NCBI GenBank assembly: GCA_963662405.2
Contig: CAXXKT010000001.1
Coordinates: 224,001 to 288,000, forward strand
Source of the DNA: Syntrophales bacterium
GTDB lineage: Bacteria > Desulfobacterota > Syntrophia > Syntrophales > UBA2210
DNA: 64,000 bases
Direction: 5' to 3'
The notes beneath the pieces are model-generated. The model was not told where the DNA came from. It searched no databases and worked only from the letters and a program-made list of their open reading frames with translations. Below are positions 9,906 to 20,703 of the stretch, piece after piece. Both the position numbers and the translations under genes were made by a program. How positions within the stretch are numbered: position 1 is the stretch's first letter; each line of letters opens with the position of its first letter.

Positions 9906-11633
9906 TTATTCTCCATTGCCTCCAAGGGTAGATCGTTCTTCGTGACTCAGGCCATAAAGCTTGAACACGGCTCGGTCGCAAGCTTCTATGTCTCGCTTTA
10001 TGGCAGCATCAGCTAACTCTCGGCGCAGCAGCGCAGGCACATCTGCCCAGGGAGGAATGCGAATCCGGCGTAGGTACTGTGCTTGGAAACGCAGGAACCC
10101 CCCTCGCATCTTCGTTGAATAGGTCGCCACGAAAAGGCGAGTGACAGAGGACAACAGCACCGCCTGCAAAGCCCGCAAATCCCACTCATTAGATGTGACG
10201 TGGTATAGGTTATGATGTGGGTACAGTACCCCGCCTTCAAAGACGATATGCGCTTCGCCCTTTATGTCAGGTATCAAAAGCTTCGGCTTTGCGCCCAGCG
10301 CGGGGGTAATGCGATCAATCGTTCGATACCAGTTGACTGGAGCTTTCTTTGCACAGTGGCGTCCCGCAATCACGTCGCGGCGAGCTTCAAGGTATCGTCT
10401 CAGGCGCGGATAGGCGTCGAGGTCAACCAGACCACCCGATTCGGCAAATGGATTGATGACCCCTTGTCCTCGCCACTTAACCTCACCCGACATGATGTCT
10501 TTTGTCGTCACCAGTCGAATTTTCCGATCGGGCTCAACATCAAGTGCGTCGAAGTCCCCGATGAATGCCTCATCTGCGCCGGTGGCGACACCAATGCCGA
10601 CTTTGCATCCGGTCTCTTCGAGTGATGGGAAACACTGCTCCAGACGGCGAATGAGCGTCATCTGATCGTAAGATCCCAGCAGCCAAGGTTCAGAACCATT
10701 CGTGACACAGGCAAGTTCACGCACCCCTCCAGACTCTCCCTGCAATGAAGGAGCACGGAGCAAGTCCGCCAGTGCAGTCAGGGTTGCCCGGTCAATAACT
10801 GGACGATGCGCAATGCGAGTTACACCCGGCACTTCACGGCTGATGATCGTTATAGCAGGGTACGTAATCACGTCAGAATGGAACGCTGGGGTATCCACCA
10901 TATCGACATAGACTCTCAAGTGAAACCGTTCTGCCACCAGACTCCGAAGTGGCCCACCATATCGGTTCTTCATCCACCGATCTGTACAGATAAAACCCAG
11001 ACTTCCCTTATCCGACAAGAAAGAAAGCGAGCGCTCGATGAAGGCGATATAGATGTCTGCCCTGTCAAACATTGTCTGGTAGCGGGTTCGGTACTCTGCA
11101 AGCAAGGGCGCTGAAATAAGCTCCTGACGGACGTAGGGTGGATTGCCCACAACAAAATTAAATTCTCCTTCCAGTGGAGCGAGCAGAAAATCCCCCTGTG
11201 ACAGCCACCCGTCAACAAGAGCCGCTGCAGTTTTGGCCGCTATCCCCTCGCGTTTGAGAAGGGTTACTATCGCCGCATAGGTGCTGCGAAAAGTATCATG
11301 ATGCAACTCGACGGCCTTGATCGCGTTGCTCAGGTCGTCCAAGGCAGTGCCATTCGGCTTTGCAGCCCGCCAGGCGCGCAGCAACCGCTCGATGATCGGA
11401 AGCAGGAAATCACCACCACCAAACGATGGCTCCAAAATCCGCATTTCATGGAGCGGCTGATCTTCCGTGTAACCAACAAGATCGAGAATGAACTCAACTA
11501 CCTCGCGACGGGTAAATATCGCTCCACGTGCGTCAGTTTCTGGATTTAACGCCAACTGATCTATCGCAGCCTGCACTTTTTTTGTGATGTACTCAGGATT
11601 TGGGAAGTCGATTGTAATTTGTGATGATTGCAA
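9906..11633 (-). CDS. N6-adenine methyltransferase (M.PaeR7I-like, gamma class)
   Basis: [10 protein letters not shown] motif I before VGNPPY motif IV; C-terminal specificity region. Confidence 0.88.
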   Translation of the reverse strand: MQSSQITIDFPNPEYITKKVQAAIDQLALNPETDARGAIFTRREVVEFILDLVGYTEDQPLHEMRILEPSFGGGDFLLPIIERLLRAWRAAKPNGTALDDLSNAIKAVELHHDTFRSTYAAIVTLLKREGIAAKTAAALVDGWLSQGDFLLAPLEGEFNFVVGNPPYVRQELISAPLLAEYRTRYQTMFDRADIYIAFIERSLSFLSDKGSLGFICTDRWMKNRYGGPLRSLVAERFHLRVYVDMVDTPAFHSDVITYPAITIISREVPGVTRIAHRPVIDRATLTALADLLRAPSLQGESGGVRELACVTNGSEPWLLGSYDQMTLIRRLEQCFPSLEETGCKVGIGVATGADEAFIGDFDALDVEPDRKIRLVTTKDIMSGEVKWRGQGVINPFAESGGLVDLDAYPRLRRYLEARRDVIAGRHCAKKAPVNWYRTIDRITPALGAKPKLLIPDIKGEAHIVFEGGVLYPHHNLYHVTSNEWDLRALQAVLLSSVTRLFVATYSTKMRGGFLRFQAQYLRRIRIPPWADVPALLRRELADAAIKRDIEACDRAVFKLYGLSHEERSTLGGNGE

Positions 11634-11667
11634 GAAGCTTCCTCTTTGCGTTGGTGTGATATAATAC

Positions 11668-11810
11668 CGCCAACAATGAATATGCCCATTAGGTGTTTCC
11701 CGACCTTTCGTGCAATCCTACTTTATTTCACGAAGAATTAAAACAGAAAAATCTAATGTAAAATCAGTACCAATTGATTTTTTCGATTGGTTATTCTGCG
11801 GCAATAAAGA
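11668..11810 (-). repeat. Platform B, upstream half (copy 1) ending in attI-like core GTTGGCG
   Basis: Aligns with 25681-25825 starting exactly at the AAC of the core. Confidence 0.8.
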
Positions 11811-12194
11811 GTAAAATCCTAAGTTGGTAAAACATAGGAGGAATGGCAATGGCTAATAATAAATACCATTTGAAATGATGTATTGACGGATCGAATCAAA
11901 TAAACGACAGTGCAGGAAGAATGGCGCAGCAAAACACGAGTTCTGCCCCTGCTGTACCAAATCTCACACGTTGCACCTTGTCCTCACCATCGAGTGCGCC
12001 GAGAGCTCACCGATTGTTTATTGAAGTCGGCATTCTGGGGGGAAGTTTCTGTGTAGCAGATTTCTTTCGGTAATGCGCAGGAATCATCAAAGAAAAAAGA
12101 AATCGTGCTGTTTATTGGTGTCACTTACTACTGCTCAGAATAATTCCAGAGGAAAATCGATGAGTACTGATTGAAAGACTCACGGTAAAATCTC

Positions 12195-12340
12195 TTGACA
12201 ATACTTCGTCGGATAGTTAGTTAAGTAAGCGTTTTGATCTTGACGGCTTTACTTTTTTGAACTGCTGTAATAACCAAAGGGGAGATTATGGTCTGATCAT
12301 CAAAGCTCCGTTTCTTAAAAAGAGAGATGGAGCTTTTTTT
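12195..12340 (+). promoter_or_regulatory. Platform A leader copy 1: TTGACA promoter, SD-ATG-GTC-TGA, intrinsic terminator
   Basis: TTGACA 12195, TAG at 17-bp spacing, ATG 12288, hairpin + T-run 12302-12340; homologous to 18182-18327 and 21733-21876. Confidence 0.75.
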
Positions 12341-12406
12341 ATGAATGTCTCGATCGAATTTTAGGTGTTATGACGCACTTTCCCCTGTTTTTAAGATATT
12401 ATACGA

Positions 12407-12429
12407 GATCCATATAAACATTGTTAGAC
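12407..12429 (+). other. attI-like docking site GATCCATATAAACATT/GTTAGAC
   Basis: Matches 21932-21950; GTTAGAC is the exact complement of GTCTAAC of the first attC (13642). Confidence 0.65.
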
Positions 12430-12466
12430 GATACCAGTTATTCAATTCAGAGAAGGAATTTAAATA

Positions 12467-13437
12467 ATGGTCACAGTTTTTTTTCATATTCTCACCGCGA
12501 TGAAGATCTGAGGAATGAATTGGAAATTCATCTTTCAGCTCTTAAACGCCAGGGTGTTATCCAAACTTGGCATGATAGGCGAATTGAAGCCGGCAAAGAC
12601 CTTGACGATGAGATCGATTCAAATATTGAGGGTGCAAATATTATTCTTCTTCTCGTAAGCCCCTATTTTATAGCATCAGATTACTGTTATAATGTTGAAA
12701 TGCAACGCGCGATGGACCGCCATGTTAAAGGTGAAGCCAGAGTGATACCTGTCATCCTTCATCCGTGTGACTGGCAACAGACCCCTTTTGGGAAATTGCG
12801 GGCCACACCGACTGACGGCAAAGCTGTCTCAAAATACCCCAATCAGCATGATGCTTTCCTCTCTATTACCAAAGATATACGCCATGTTGCCGAAGAAATA
12901 ACCGGAGGATCAAAAAACGGAAATAATATTTTGAAACAATCACGGTATGTCAGAACAGAGGATATAGTCCCATCTCAATTTGCTGAAAAGCCAAGATCAA
13001 GCAATCTAAGAGTTCGTAGAGAATTTACCGACATTGAAAGGACAAGATTTCTTTCTGGAGCTTTGGGCTATTTTCAGAAATATTTTGAGAACTCTCTTAT
13101 AGAACTTCAGGCTCGTTCTGTTGGGATCGAAACCGAATTCAGAAAAATAGATGCAAACCACTTCATGGCTATGATTTTCAAGAAGGGTAATCTGGTTAGT
13201 CAATGCAAAATCTGGCTTGCAATGGATTCTTACTCGACAGGAGAGATCCGTTACTCTTCGTCTGTGTCTGTCAATGACAACTCTTGGAATGAATCACTTC
13301 ATGTAGAAGATGATGGCTATGTTTTGGGTCTCAAAAGTAGGGGATTTCATCATATTGGTTCCGATTCAGAAACATTATTGTCTAATGAAGGTGGCGCAGA
13401 ACTTTTTTGGAGTATGCTTTTGAATTCTTTACAATAA
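12467..13437 (+). CDS. TIR-domain protein; natural start out of frame at a T8 tract
   Basis: FFSYSHRD, WHDRRI, LLLVSPYF, SDYCYNVE; AGAAGGA-ATG at 12467 joins the TIR frame only if T8 (12477-12484) were T9. Confidence 0.8.
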
Positions 13438-13454
13438 AATGTAAGGAGAAGGCA

Positions 13455-13601
13455 ATGATTAGACAACGTTTCAGATGCAGAAACTGCGGCCGTAGATTCG
13501 AAACCGAGGTATTTGAACCAGGTGAAGCTAAAGAAAAGGGTTTGCCTTCTGGTCCAGTGAGGTGCCCAGATTGTAGAAGCACTGATGTAGAAAGAATTTA
13601 G
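13455..13601 (+). CDS. 48-aa zinc-ribbon protein
   Basis: CRNC...CPDC; AAGGAG RBS; inside the same cassette as the TIR gene. Confidence 0.7.
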   Translation: MIRQRFRCRNCGRRFETEVFEPGEAKEKGLPSGPVRCPDCRSTDVERI

Positions 13602-13641
13602 TCTTTTGTATTTGCCAGATAGGCAATATACTGATCAACAC

Positions 13642-13713
13642 GTCTAACAAGTCGCTGGAGAATCGACGGGAACACGCTGGTGCGTTTCCCGCGTCTCAGC
13701 TCCATCGTTATAC
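13642..13713 (+). other. attC site 1
   Basis: GTCTAAC...GTTATAC, L boxes GCTGGAGA/TCTCAGC pair with one extrahelical base; 72 bp. Confidence 0.85.
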
Positions 13714-13752
13714 AAAACAGAGGCCACATGCCAAATTCACGAACAGGAAATC

Positions 13753-16194
13753 ATGAAACTTGACGATTGGAAAGCAGAAACAAAGACGCGATTACCCACT
13801 AGCGCGGTTTATAGTGTTCTAAAAGAGAAGTGTAACAGGGACTCAGCTGGGCATCAAGTGTTGGAACTCGTTGATACCGCTACCTACTATGCATATCAAA
13901 GAACCAAAAGTATAATCCGGCATATGGGAGAGTTTACTCTCCATGATGGAGACCATCTATTCCGTGTGCTGTCGCTGCAGGAACGGTTGCTTTCCAATGG
14001 GCAATTGCGTTCGCTCAATGTTCCTGAACTCATGTTAATGATTTTGTCGGCGTTTTTTCATGATATTGGGATGGCGCCTGATGAACAAGACGTAATAGCA
14101 TGGAAAAAGATATGGGATACTACACCTCAATTTGAGAGCGGTACGGAAGAATTGGAGTATCAAAAATTTGAAAGGTTCTATTTCGCGAGGCCTGATGATC
14201 GCGATAGGGTTGAGCAATGCCTTCGCCGCGGAGATCATACTGGGGCAGACTGTGCTAAAGCTCATGTGGTTAGTGATTATATAAGGACGACACATGCGGA
14301 GCGAGCTAGGCAAATCATTAAGAAAGATTGGATGAATAAGATCGTATATCGCGATACTGACCTTACGGTTGAGTTTGCAGGGATTTGCTTCAGCCATAAC
14401 GAAGATCCACTTTCTTTGCTGGATCTTGATCCCGGTTATTTGTGTGGCCCTGATCTTTATGCAAACTTGCAACTTGTGGCCATTCTTTTAAGACTATCAG
14501 ATATTCTGGATTTCGATGCCAAAAGAACACCATCTATCCTTTTTTCTCACTTGTATGTGCGAAATCCAGTTTCCATTAGTGAATGGAACAAACATCGTTC
14601 GGTAGAGGCGTGGAGCATAACACCTGAAATTTTACAATTTCATGCAAAATGCCGTCATCCGGCTATTGAGGCGTCGATAAATGCTTTTTGTGATCTCATA
14701 GATATCGAGTTGGGTGCATGCAATAATATTGTCGCATCAATAAATAAATTCGATCGTCGTTTTTCTTCATCTGCTATTATGCTCCCCCTAAGAGTTGATC
14801 GAACCAAGGTTGAAACGGTGAAAGATATAGAAGGAAAGCCGGTTTACCTATATCGACAGACGCAGTTCAATCTAAGCAAAAAGCAAGTTATAGATTTGTT
14901 GATGGGAACGAAACTCTACGGTAATCCAGAGGTGGCTTTGAGAGAACTGATCCAGAATTCAATTGATGCTTGCCTGTTAAGGCAGGCACTAGAAGCTTCT
15001 TGGAAAACCAATTACACTCCGAGAGTAAATATTAAATATTATTCTATGGATGGGCAAGATATTCTTGAGGTAGAAGACAATGGAACCGGTATGGATCAGC
15101 ACATTATCGATGCATATTATTCAAAAGTAGGGTCTTCCTTCTATAAGTCTTCCGAGTTCTATGAGCTGAAGTCTCAGGCCAGAGCTAGTTTTACGCCAAC
15201 ATCAAGATTTGGAATTGGGATCTTATCATGTTTCATGGTCGCGGATACGCTAATTGTCGATACAAGACGTGTATATGGACCGCATGAATCAAGTAAACCG
15301 TTGAATGTTACTATCGAAGGACAGGAAAGCATTTTCTGGATTAAATCCGGCAGCCTGTCAACTCCGGGCACTACAACTAAATTATTCCTTCGAAAAACAG
15401 GAAATCCCTGGGATAGGATGGATGAAAACGAATTCATTACATCGGTGGAAGGAATTATTTCAAATCCGCCATTTGAAATAAAGATAGAGACATCTTCTCA
15501 TAGCAAGTCCAGGGATGCCTCAAGCTTTCTCCAAGTGCATGCAAATAACTTAGAAAATCGTTCATGGGAGGAACACGATAACGTTCGGAAGATATCTATC
15601 GAATTTGATGATCCCGCAAGAGGCTTTGTCGGTTCCGCTGTTGTTGCCATATTAGAGAGTCATGGCTTCCCAGTGCCTAAGTTAGAAATGACTTCTCAGA
15701 CAGTCGATATTAATGGTGAACCGTACGAACTTGGAAAGAGCATCGCTATTATTGAGAATGAAATAGAAGAGTCAGCAACAACTATTTCAATAGACGAAAA
15801 TGGAGATATTGATCAATCGAATTCATATCGTTCACTGAACAAGTCCATATCTCAGCTATCTCTGCATGGTATTGAGGTGCCTACCACATTATTTCCTGCA
15901 TCGTGGAGGATGCAAAAGAATCAGGTTAAGCTTTCATGGCCATTCCCTATAATATTGGTGGTGGATGTTTGTGGAGACGCTGATCTAGATCTCAATTCGT
16001 CGCGTACGCAGATAATAATGTCGGAAAAATGGGTCGAGTTTGAAAAACGGCTGTCATTTGAAATATGTTCGAAGCTTGCAGACTCTGTGTCTCGGGATTA
16101 CTGGGAAAAACTTAGAAATGTGTTGTTGTCAAATACGAAAAACCCAATCTTTTCTCAGAGTGTAAACGAAGTTGAAAAAAGCTACAACGTATAA
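13753..16194 (+). CDS. HD-domain (HD-CE-like) + Hsp90/GHKL ATPase fusion, putative defence effector
   Basis: FTLHDGDH and FFHDIGM; LRELIQNSIDA, EDNGTGM, FGIGILS. Confidence 0.8.
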   Translation: MKLDDWKAETKTRLPTSAVYSVLKEKCNRDSAGHQVLELVDTATYYAYQRTKSIIRHMGEFTLHDGDHLFRVLSLQERLLSNGQLRSLNVPELMLMILSAFFHDIGMAPDEQDVIAWKKIWDTTPQFESGTEELEYQKFERFYFARPDDRDRVEQCLRRGDHTGADCAKAHVVSDYIRTTHAERARQIIKKDWMNKIVYRDTDLTVEFAGICFSHNEDPLSLLDLDPGYLCGPDLYANLQLVAILLRLSDILDFDAKRTPSILFSHLYVRNPVSISEWNKHRSVEAWSITPEILQFHAKCRHPAIEASINAFCDLIDIELGACNNIVASINKFDRRFSSSAIMLPLRVDRTKVETVKDIEGKPVYLYRQTQFNLSKKQVIDLLMGTKLYGNPEVALRELIQNSIDACLLRQALEASWKTNYTPRVNIKYYSMDGQDILEVEDNGTGMDQHIIDAYYSKVGSSFYKSSEFYELKSQARASFTPTSRFGIGILSCFMVADTLIVDTRRVYGPHESSKPLNVTIEGQESIFWIKSGSLSTPGTTTKLFLRKTGNPWDRMDENEFITSVEGIISNPPFEIKIETSSHSKSRDASSFLQVHANNLENRSWEEHDNVRKISIEFDDPARGFVGSAVVAILESHGFPVPKLEMTSQTVDINGEPYELGKSIAIIENEIEESATTISIDENGDIDQSNSYRSLNKSISQLSLHGIEVPTTLFPASWRMQKNQVKLSWPFPIILVVDVCGDADLDLNSSRTQIIMSEKWVEFEKRLSFEICSKLADSVSRDYWEKLRNVLLSNTKNPIFSQSVNEVEKSYNV

Positions 16195-16250
16195 CAAGGT
16201 TTTTACAGGGATCGCAAAAACCGCGCGTTTGCTGAAAAACAACGTTATGC
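16189..16250 (+). other. attC site 2
   Basis: GTATAAC (contains the gene's TAA)...GTTATGC; TTTTACAG/CTGAAAA L boxes; 62 bp. Confidence 0.8.
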
Positions 16251-16275
16251 GTTTTGTGCATAAGGGGAAGTTAAA

Positions 16276-18087
16276 GTGAAGCTCGAACGATTGACATTGA
16301 AGAATTTTCGTGGCTATCGCGACGAAACCCCAATTCAGTTCGATGATCTAACCGCATTCATTGGAAGAAATGACGCAGGGAAGTCCTCGGTATTGGAGGC
16401 TCTTGAGATCTTCTTCAATAGCTCCTTAATCACTTGTGAACGTGAAGATCTTTCCATCGAGGCGCAAGGACACAATATAGAAATTGCATGCATTTTTTCT
16501 GAGGTCCCAGATCAAATCGTAATTGATGCGGCGAGCCCAACAAATCTGGCAGACGAGCACCTTCTTAATGGTGACGGCAATCTGGAGATTAAGAAGATCT
16601 TCCCAGCGACTGCCGCGAAACCGAAGGAAAAGATTTATATCAGTTGTATGCATCCATCGATTGAGGGTGCTGCCGACTTGCTCGAATTAAAACGAACGGA
16701 GTTGCGAGCACGTGCAGCGGAACTTGGTGTTCCAGAGGATAGTTATAATGGCAATGTAAATGCATCAATACGTCAGGCCATACGGCAACATATAGGTCAC
16801 CTCAACCTCACTCCTGTGGAACTACTGGTCGATAAAGAGGACACGAAGAAGGTTTACGACACAATCAAGGACTATCTGCCGATCTATGCGCTGTTTCAAT
16901 CTGATCGGCAAAGTCGTGACGATGACAAGGAAGTTGCAGACCCAATGAAATTGGCTGTTCAACAGGCGTTGCATGATCTCGCACCCGAGTTGGAGCACAT
17001 CAAGACTGAGGTCCGCGCTAGGGCAATAGAAACCGCGAATCGGACACTAATCAAGCTTCGAGAAATGGTGCCAGAGTTGGCTCGTGAGCTGACTCCGGAG
17101 TTCAAAGCGGAACCTAAATTCGATTCTCAGTTCAAGTTGTTGATCAAGTCGGAAGATGACATTGCAGTGAATAAGCGCGGCAGCGGAGTTCGGCGGCTCA
17201 TCTTGCTGAACTTTTTTCGTGCGGAGGCTGAACGCAGGCAGAGTGACGCGGTAGCATCTGATGTTATTTACGCCTTCGAAGAACCTGAAACCTCACAGCA
17301 TCCAGATCATCAAGAAATGTTGATGAGAGCATTTTTGGAGCTGGCTAACGCTCCAGGTAGCCAAATTATCATTACAACTCATACCCCAGCGCTGGCAGGT
17401 TTCCTGCCCCTGGAAAGCCTACGTTTCATTGAGCGTGAGGGGCATAGCCGAACCGTTGAGTCAGGGAACGATGATGTATTTCAGAAGGTCGCAGACACGT
17501 TGGGCATCCTTCCCGACCCAATTCCCAAAAATGCAACGGCCATCCTCCTCGTTGAAGGCAAGAGTGACATTTCATTCGTTCACCATACTGCGGAGCAATT
17601 GAAGGACGGCGGCCATCTGGACGCAACATTTGAAGACCGCAGATTTGCAATCGTACCAATAGGTGGGTGCGGTAATATCAAGCATTGGCGAACCCTTCAA
17701 CTGGCGAATCAATTTGGCGTGCCCTATTGTGTACTCCTTGACTCGGACCTCGGTACTCCCGAAGAGGCTGAGAACAGGCGAAAAGTCGCGGAACTGAAAG
17801 CCGACGGTATCAAAGCGTACCTCACGCGGAAACGCGAGCCAGAAAACTATATTCATCTCGATTGTCTCAATCTTCCAGCAAGCAGCACATTCACCATTAG
17901 TGATACGGACGACGCCAAAGTAAAAATAGGCCATGAGAAAGGGACTCGAAGGGCCACCGTCCTGGAAGATTATTGGGTGTTGATGACCTGCGAGCAAATT
18001 CGGGAGGTTGAAAAGTATGCTGACGGAGACACTGAAAAGTTCGAATTCACAGAGATGTTTCGGGACTTTTTGTCGCTTACCAATTGA
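16276..18087 (+). CDS. OLD-family ATP-dependent nuclease (ABC ATPase + TOPRIM)
   Basis: KNFRGY, GRNDAGKS, FEEPETSQHP, TTHTP; TOPRIM LVEGKSD and LDSD. Confidence 0.88.
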   Translation: MKLERLTLKNFRGYRDETPIQFDDLTAFIGRNDAGKSSVLEALEIFFNSSLITCEREDLSIEAQGHNIEIACIFSEVPDQIVIDAASPTNLADEHLLNGDGNLEIKKIFPATAAKPKEKIYISCMHPSIEGAADLLELKRTELRARAAELGVPEDSYNGNVNASIRQAIRQHIGHLNLTPVELLVDKEDTKKVYDTIKDYLPIYALFQSDRQSRDDDKEVADPMKLAVQQALHDLAPELEHIKTEVRARAIETANRTLIKLREMVPELARELTPEFKAEPKFDSQFKLLIKSEDDIAVNKRGSGVRRLILLNFFRAEAERRQSDAVASDVIYAFEEPETSQHPDHQEMLMRAFLELANAPGSQIIITTHTPALAGFLPLESLRFIEREGHSRTVESGNDDVFQKVADTLGILPDPIPKNATAILLVEGKSDISFVHHTAEQLKDGGHLDATFEDRRFAIVPIGGCGNIKHWRTLQLANQFGVPYCVLLDSDLGTPEEAENRRKVAELKADGIKAYLTRKREPENYIHLDCLNLPASSTFTISDTDDAKVKIGHEKGTRRATVLEDYWVLMTCEQIREVEKYADGDTEKFEFTEMFRDFLSLTN

Positions 18088-18090
18088 AAC

Positions 18091-18152
18091 ACATAACATC
18101 TTGCAGATAAGGACGTGCAAAACTCCCCGCGCCTCATAGCATTGCGTTAATG
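18091..18152 (+). other. attC site 3 (partly degenerate)
   Basis: ACATAAC 3 bp after stop...GTTAATG; imperfect hairpin; 62 bp. Confidence 0.65.
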
Positions 18153-18181
18153 ATTACTGAAAGTCTCACGGGGGAAATTTC

Positions 18182-18327
18182 TTGACATGACGCTACTATA
18201 CAGCTAGTAGTTTAGAAGCTTCATCGGTCTTGACCGCTTTATATAGGTTTTTGAACAGCTGTAACCGGAGGGGATTATGGTCTGATCATCAAAGCCCTGT
18301 TTCTCAAAATGAGAGATAGGGCTTTTT
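18182..18327 (+). promoter_or_regulatory. Platform A leader copy 2
   Basis: TTGACA 18182, GGAGGGGATT-ATG-GTC-TGA at 18277, hairpin AAAGCCCTGTTTCTC/GAGAGATAGGGCTTTTT. Confidence 0.75.
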
Positions 18328-18381
18328 GTTTTGTGTGAACGCCCTAGAATAATACTGTTAACAGTAGAAAACGGGTGACAT

Positions 18382-20703
18382 ATGAACCCTACTTTTATTG
18401 ATATTCACATTCATACATCGGAGAATCCAGACAAACTCAACCCAAACTATGACGTTAACTCATTGTATGAAAATGTGACCAAGGTCGCGCATGAAGCAGA
18501 TACACTAATATCATTGTCAGATCATAATGTTATAAATGAAAATGCCTACCTAAAAGCCTTACATAAATTCCCCAATATGCTTATCGGATGTGAGTTGCAC
18601 ATTCGAAACTATCAGAATAAACCTCCCTATCATTGCCATATTCTTTTCGGTACTCCAACGATAGATCACGAAACTATTTCGAAGATCAATGAATCCCTGC
18701 TAAAATTATATCCGAAGAAGGTTGTTAAAAATGCAGATACAAACATTCCAGAAATACAAGACATCATAAAAGAATTTGAGGAATACGACTTTCTGGTTCT
18801 TCCTCATGGTGGACAGTCCCACTCAACTTTTGACATATCCATTCCTGATGGCGTTATATTCGACAGCAGTCTTGAAAGAAGTATTTATTACAACACCTTT
18901 GACGGATTCACTGCAAGAAGCAACAAAGGTCTAGAAAAAACAATTGAATATTTCAAGCGCCTCGGAATTAACGATTTTGTCAATCTCATTACTTGCACGG
19001 ACAACTACAATCCCCAAAAATATCCTAGTCCAAAAACAGATGAATATGAAGAATATATCCCTACTTGGATGAACTCATTGCCAACATTTGAAGGCCTAAG
19101 ACTTGCTCTATCAGAATCATCTCGGCTTTCGTACCAAAGTGACCCCCCCGGTAGATGGTCGGAATACATCAAATCGGTGCACTTGTCGAATCCCAGAATA
19201 GAAATCGACGTCAATTTGAGTGAGGGCTTAAATGTGGTTATTGGTGGTTCATCAAGTGGAAAGACTCTTTTTGTAGATTCCTTGTATTGCAAGATCGTTA
19301 ACAATTATGAGGAGAATGTTTATGTCAAGTCGCAATATCCTGTCAAGGATATAGACGTCAACAATCCTTCAGGATTGACTCCACATTATATCAACCAAAA
19401 CTATATTACTAAAATTGTCGATACCAAGAACAATGAGACGAGAATTGATGATATTGAGATAATAAAAACCCTATTTCCAGACGATAACGAGGCAAAACTC
19501 AACATCCAACGGTCATTGCATGACTTCAGAGAGTGTTTCAAGGAACTCCTAAGTAGTGTGAAAGCAATAGAGGAGATTCAGAGTTCCCTGAAAAGGATAC
19601 CCTTCCTTTCGCAGTTGATATTGTTGGCAAAAGTAAAAGATAACGTGATTGAGAAACTTCTGCCATCTCCAGAGCAAATACAATTAATTCATATTTCCAA
19701 AGCTTTGCACCACTCATATTCTGAACATCTTGAACAAATAGATAACTTTTTGACAAATAATCCGGTCATTGACCACGATCCATCTTTGGTTATGAGGTTA
19801 AAAGATGAATTGGATCTAGCGTTTTCCTTCTCTCATTCTGAGGAACTTGTCAGAGCCATAATCGAGAAAAAGAAAGCCGACCAGAAAGCTTGGCTTCTCC
19901 AGTTGAACAAAGAAGGACAGCAAAAAAAAGATTCCTTTAACGATCTGACACGATTTTTTACCAATTACAACATCGCAGTCAAGAAATTCAATAACTGCTT
20001 AATAAGGCTTGGTAAATTCGATACAAAGGCGCAATCAAACACAATTAAAGCAATGGGACATATATTGTATATCGAAAACCAATTTTGCATAAATAGCAGT
20101 ACGTTTATCGATATTCTGAACCAATTTCTAAAAAAGGAAAATCAGATTGAATCGATGGACACTTTACACCCAGAGTCGCTATTCTTCGCCAATTTCAAGC
20201 AAAAGCCTAAGATCAGCGATTATGATGATTTGGAGTCTAAGGTGTACGCTAAATTCGAAGGCCTTAATAAGAAATCATTCAAAATCACTACTAGCGACGG
20301 AAGGGATTTTGATAACCTAAGTGCTGGTTGGAAAACATCTGTAATATTGGACTTACTCTTAGGCTATGAAGAGGATTTTGCTCCCATAATAATCGATCAA
20401 CCCGAGGACAATCTTGCGAATCCTTATATAAACAGGGGGCTGATCAAAGCTATCAAGGATATCAAACCAAAGAAACAAATAATTCTAGTGTCGCATAATG
20501 CCACGATACCAATGTTGGGTGATGCTCAGACTGTTGTTGTTTGCAAAAACGAAGAAAATAGGATTGAAATAAGATCCGCCAAACTTGAGGGTAACATAAA
20601 CTCAAAAAAGGTTGTCGATCATATTGCCGAGTTGACAGATGGCGGCAAGGTATCGATCAAAAAGAGGGTCAAGAAATACAACCTTAGAAAGTTCAGGGAA
20701 TGA
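18382..20703 (+). CDS. PHP-domain + ABC-type ATPase fusion (Ppl/TrlF-like defence protein)
   Basis: DIHIHT, SDHN, GCE, PHGG, CTDN; GGSSSGKT, LSAGWK, IIDQPEDNL, VSHN. Confidence 0.85.
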   Translation: MNPTFIDIHIHTSENPDKLNPNYDVNSLYENVTKVAHEADTLISLSDHNVINENAYLKALHKFPNMLIGCELHIRNYQNKPPYHCHILFGTPTIDHETISKINESLLKLYPKKVVKNADTNIPEIQDIIKEFEEYDFLVLPHGGQSHSTFDISIPDGVIFDSSLERSIYYNTFDGFTARSNKGLEKTIEYFKRLGINDFVNLITCTDNYNPQKYPSPKTDEYEEYIPTWMNSLPTFEGLRLALSESSRLSYQSDPPGRWSEYIKSVHLSNPRIEIDVNLSEGLNVVIGGSSSGKTLFVDSLYCKIVNNYEENVYVKSQYPVKDIDVNNPSGLTPHYINQNYITKIVDTKNNETRIDDIEIIKTLFPDDNEAKLNIQRSLHDFRECFKELLSSVKAIEEIQSSLKRIPFLSQLILLAKVKDNVIEKLLPSPEQIQLIHISKALHHSYSEHLEQIDNFLTNNPVIDHDPSLVMRLKDELDLAFSFSHSEELVRAIIEKKKADQKAWLLQLNKEGQQKKDSFNDLTRFFTNYNIAVKKFNNCLIRLGKFDTKAQSNTIKAMGHILYIENQFCINSSTFIDILNQFLKKENQIESMDTLHPESLFFANFKQKPKISDYDDLESKVYAKFEGLNKKSFKITTSDGRDFDNLSAGWKTSVILDLLLGYEEDFAPIIIDQPEDNLANPYINRGLIKAIKDIKPKKQIILVSHNATIPMLGDAQTVVVCKNEENRIEIRSAKLEGNINSKKVVDHIAELTDGGKVSIKKRVKKYNLRKFRE

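Noticed and set aside
9165..11633. Avoidance of the presumed CTCGAG target
   Set aside because: CTCGAG occurs in both host and element DNA (e.g. 331, 32225), so no avoidance is evident; specificity is only inferred from family.
12467..13437. Thoeris, CBASS or Pycsar
   Set aside because: No SIR2/macro ThsA or nucleotide cyclase gene nearby.
16276..18087. Gabija system
   Set aside because: OLD/GajA-like gene has no adjacent UvrD-like GajB and is bounded by attC sites.
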